Below, one piece after another: positions 63,001-64,000 of a stretch of DNA of 64,000 nucleotides (the first letter of the stretch is position 1; each line of letters opens with the position of its first letter). The position numbers and the translations under genes are program-made. Origin of the DNA: Octopus bimaculoides (Eukaryota); NCBI RefSeq assembly GCF_001194135.2, contig NC_068982.1, positions 109,007,040 to 109,071,039 of the forward strand, in the 5' to 3' direction. The notes beneath the pieces were generated by a model. It was not told the DNA's origin and did not search any database. It saw only the letters and a program-made list of their open reading frames with translations.

Positions 63001-64000
63001 AACCCTCACGATAACAAGAAATAAAAACAAAACAAAATAAAATAACAAAACAGCAAGAATAAAATAGAAATACCGTACATAAACTATTTAATGCACAATT
63101 CTTATACGTAAACCAAATATCAGACAAGTAAAAGAGCAAGCTAGGGGTAAAAATGCTATGTACTGTTGATATATCTTCAACTTGATATGTAACTGAATAT
63201 GAAATATTATGGAAAGTAATAATTGCTTTCTAGCTGGTAGGGGAACACTCAGGATTTTTTAGTGAAGCACTGTTATTTTCACTAATAACTATTTTCTTTC
63301 GTCCGCTAACCCAGATATTATTGTCTATATGTATGTACGTGTGTGTGTGTGTGCGTGCGTGCGTGTGCGTGCGCCCATACACATACATAAACAGACAAGT
63401 GTGTGTGTGAACGTGCGCCCATGCACATGCATACAAATATAAAAAGACACGTGTGTGTGTACGCATGCATGTATAAATATGTGTATAGAATACATACACA
63501 TGCACCTTAAGCAACATTAATAGCTAAGTGTCATGTCTTTAGTTTCTGCTGGTGTATTTTTATTTGCATATTTTATTTTTTTATATAAAATATGAAGTGT
63601 CGGCAATAAAAACAATCTTTGTTACGTTACAATACACCCGCTCCCGCAGTTTCTCTTCAGTACAAACACACATTCTAGTACTTTACATCATACTATCTCT
63701 CTCCCCATTTTCTCACTGATATTTGTATAGTGATTTTTTTTTTTTACTATCCTCCTATCATTCATTTGCTTAATTTTATATTGAAAGTAAACAAAGAGTG
63801 TATCTGTCGGTCGCCACCTTTACTATTGGTACACACTGTATGAGTTTAATTATCATTTGGGTAATAAATTTTGTTGTTTTTACCTGTGGATCTTGTCTGC
63901 GACCCATTTTCATTTTTTAAACTTGTTTTACTAATGCTCTGAAGAAGAGCATCAACATCGATACGTCTTATTTTCCCACCCATTCAGTAAACAAACTTTT

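Noticed and set aside
63930-63975. Second hammerhead-like string CTGAAGA...GATACGTC
   Set aside because: GAAA reads GATA, stem I does not pair, and an alternative ATGCTCT/AGAGCAT hairpin sequesters the core; at best a dead relic.

Overview
AT-rich eukaryotic genomic DNA with five small assembly gaps. It is most likely an octopus (cephalopod) scaffold, inferred from recognisable tRNA/CORE-type SINE families, RTE LINE tails and dense microsatellites. No host protein gene could be identified by name, and no prokaryotic features (CRISPR, rRNA, true tRNA genes) are present. The window is dominated by transposon relics: a full-length degenerate Tc1, a full-length degenerate mariner with related MITEs, an internally deleted maT-like element, a pogo/Tigger remnant, a Penelope-like RT/GIY-YIG element, RTE fragments, a Gag/ORF1 remnant with a CCHC knuckle, TTAA MITEs, a foldback-like element and many SINEs. 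Scattered splice signals suggest one + strand and one - strand transcript with short or orphan ORFs. CpG-rich ends point to promoters near 0-1 kb and 62-63 kb. Best leads: a hammerhead-ribozyme-like motif near the right promoter, a 5'-inverted Penelope-like copy, a triple-nested SINE>maT>RTE insertion, a spliced 52-aa hydrophobic upstream ORF, and a GG-TIR/8-bp-TSD MITE. Repeat boundaries are approximate unless TIR/TSD-defined.
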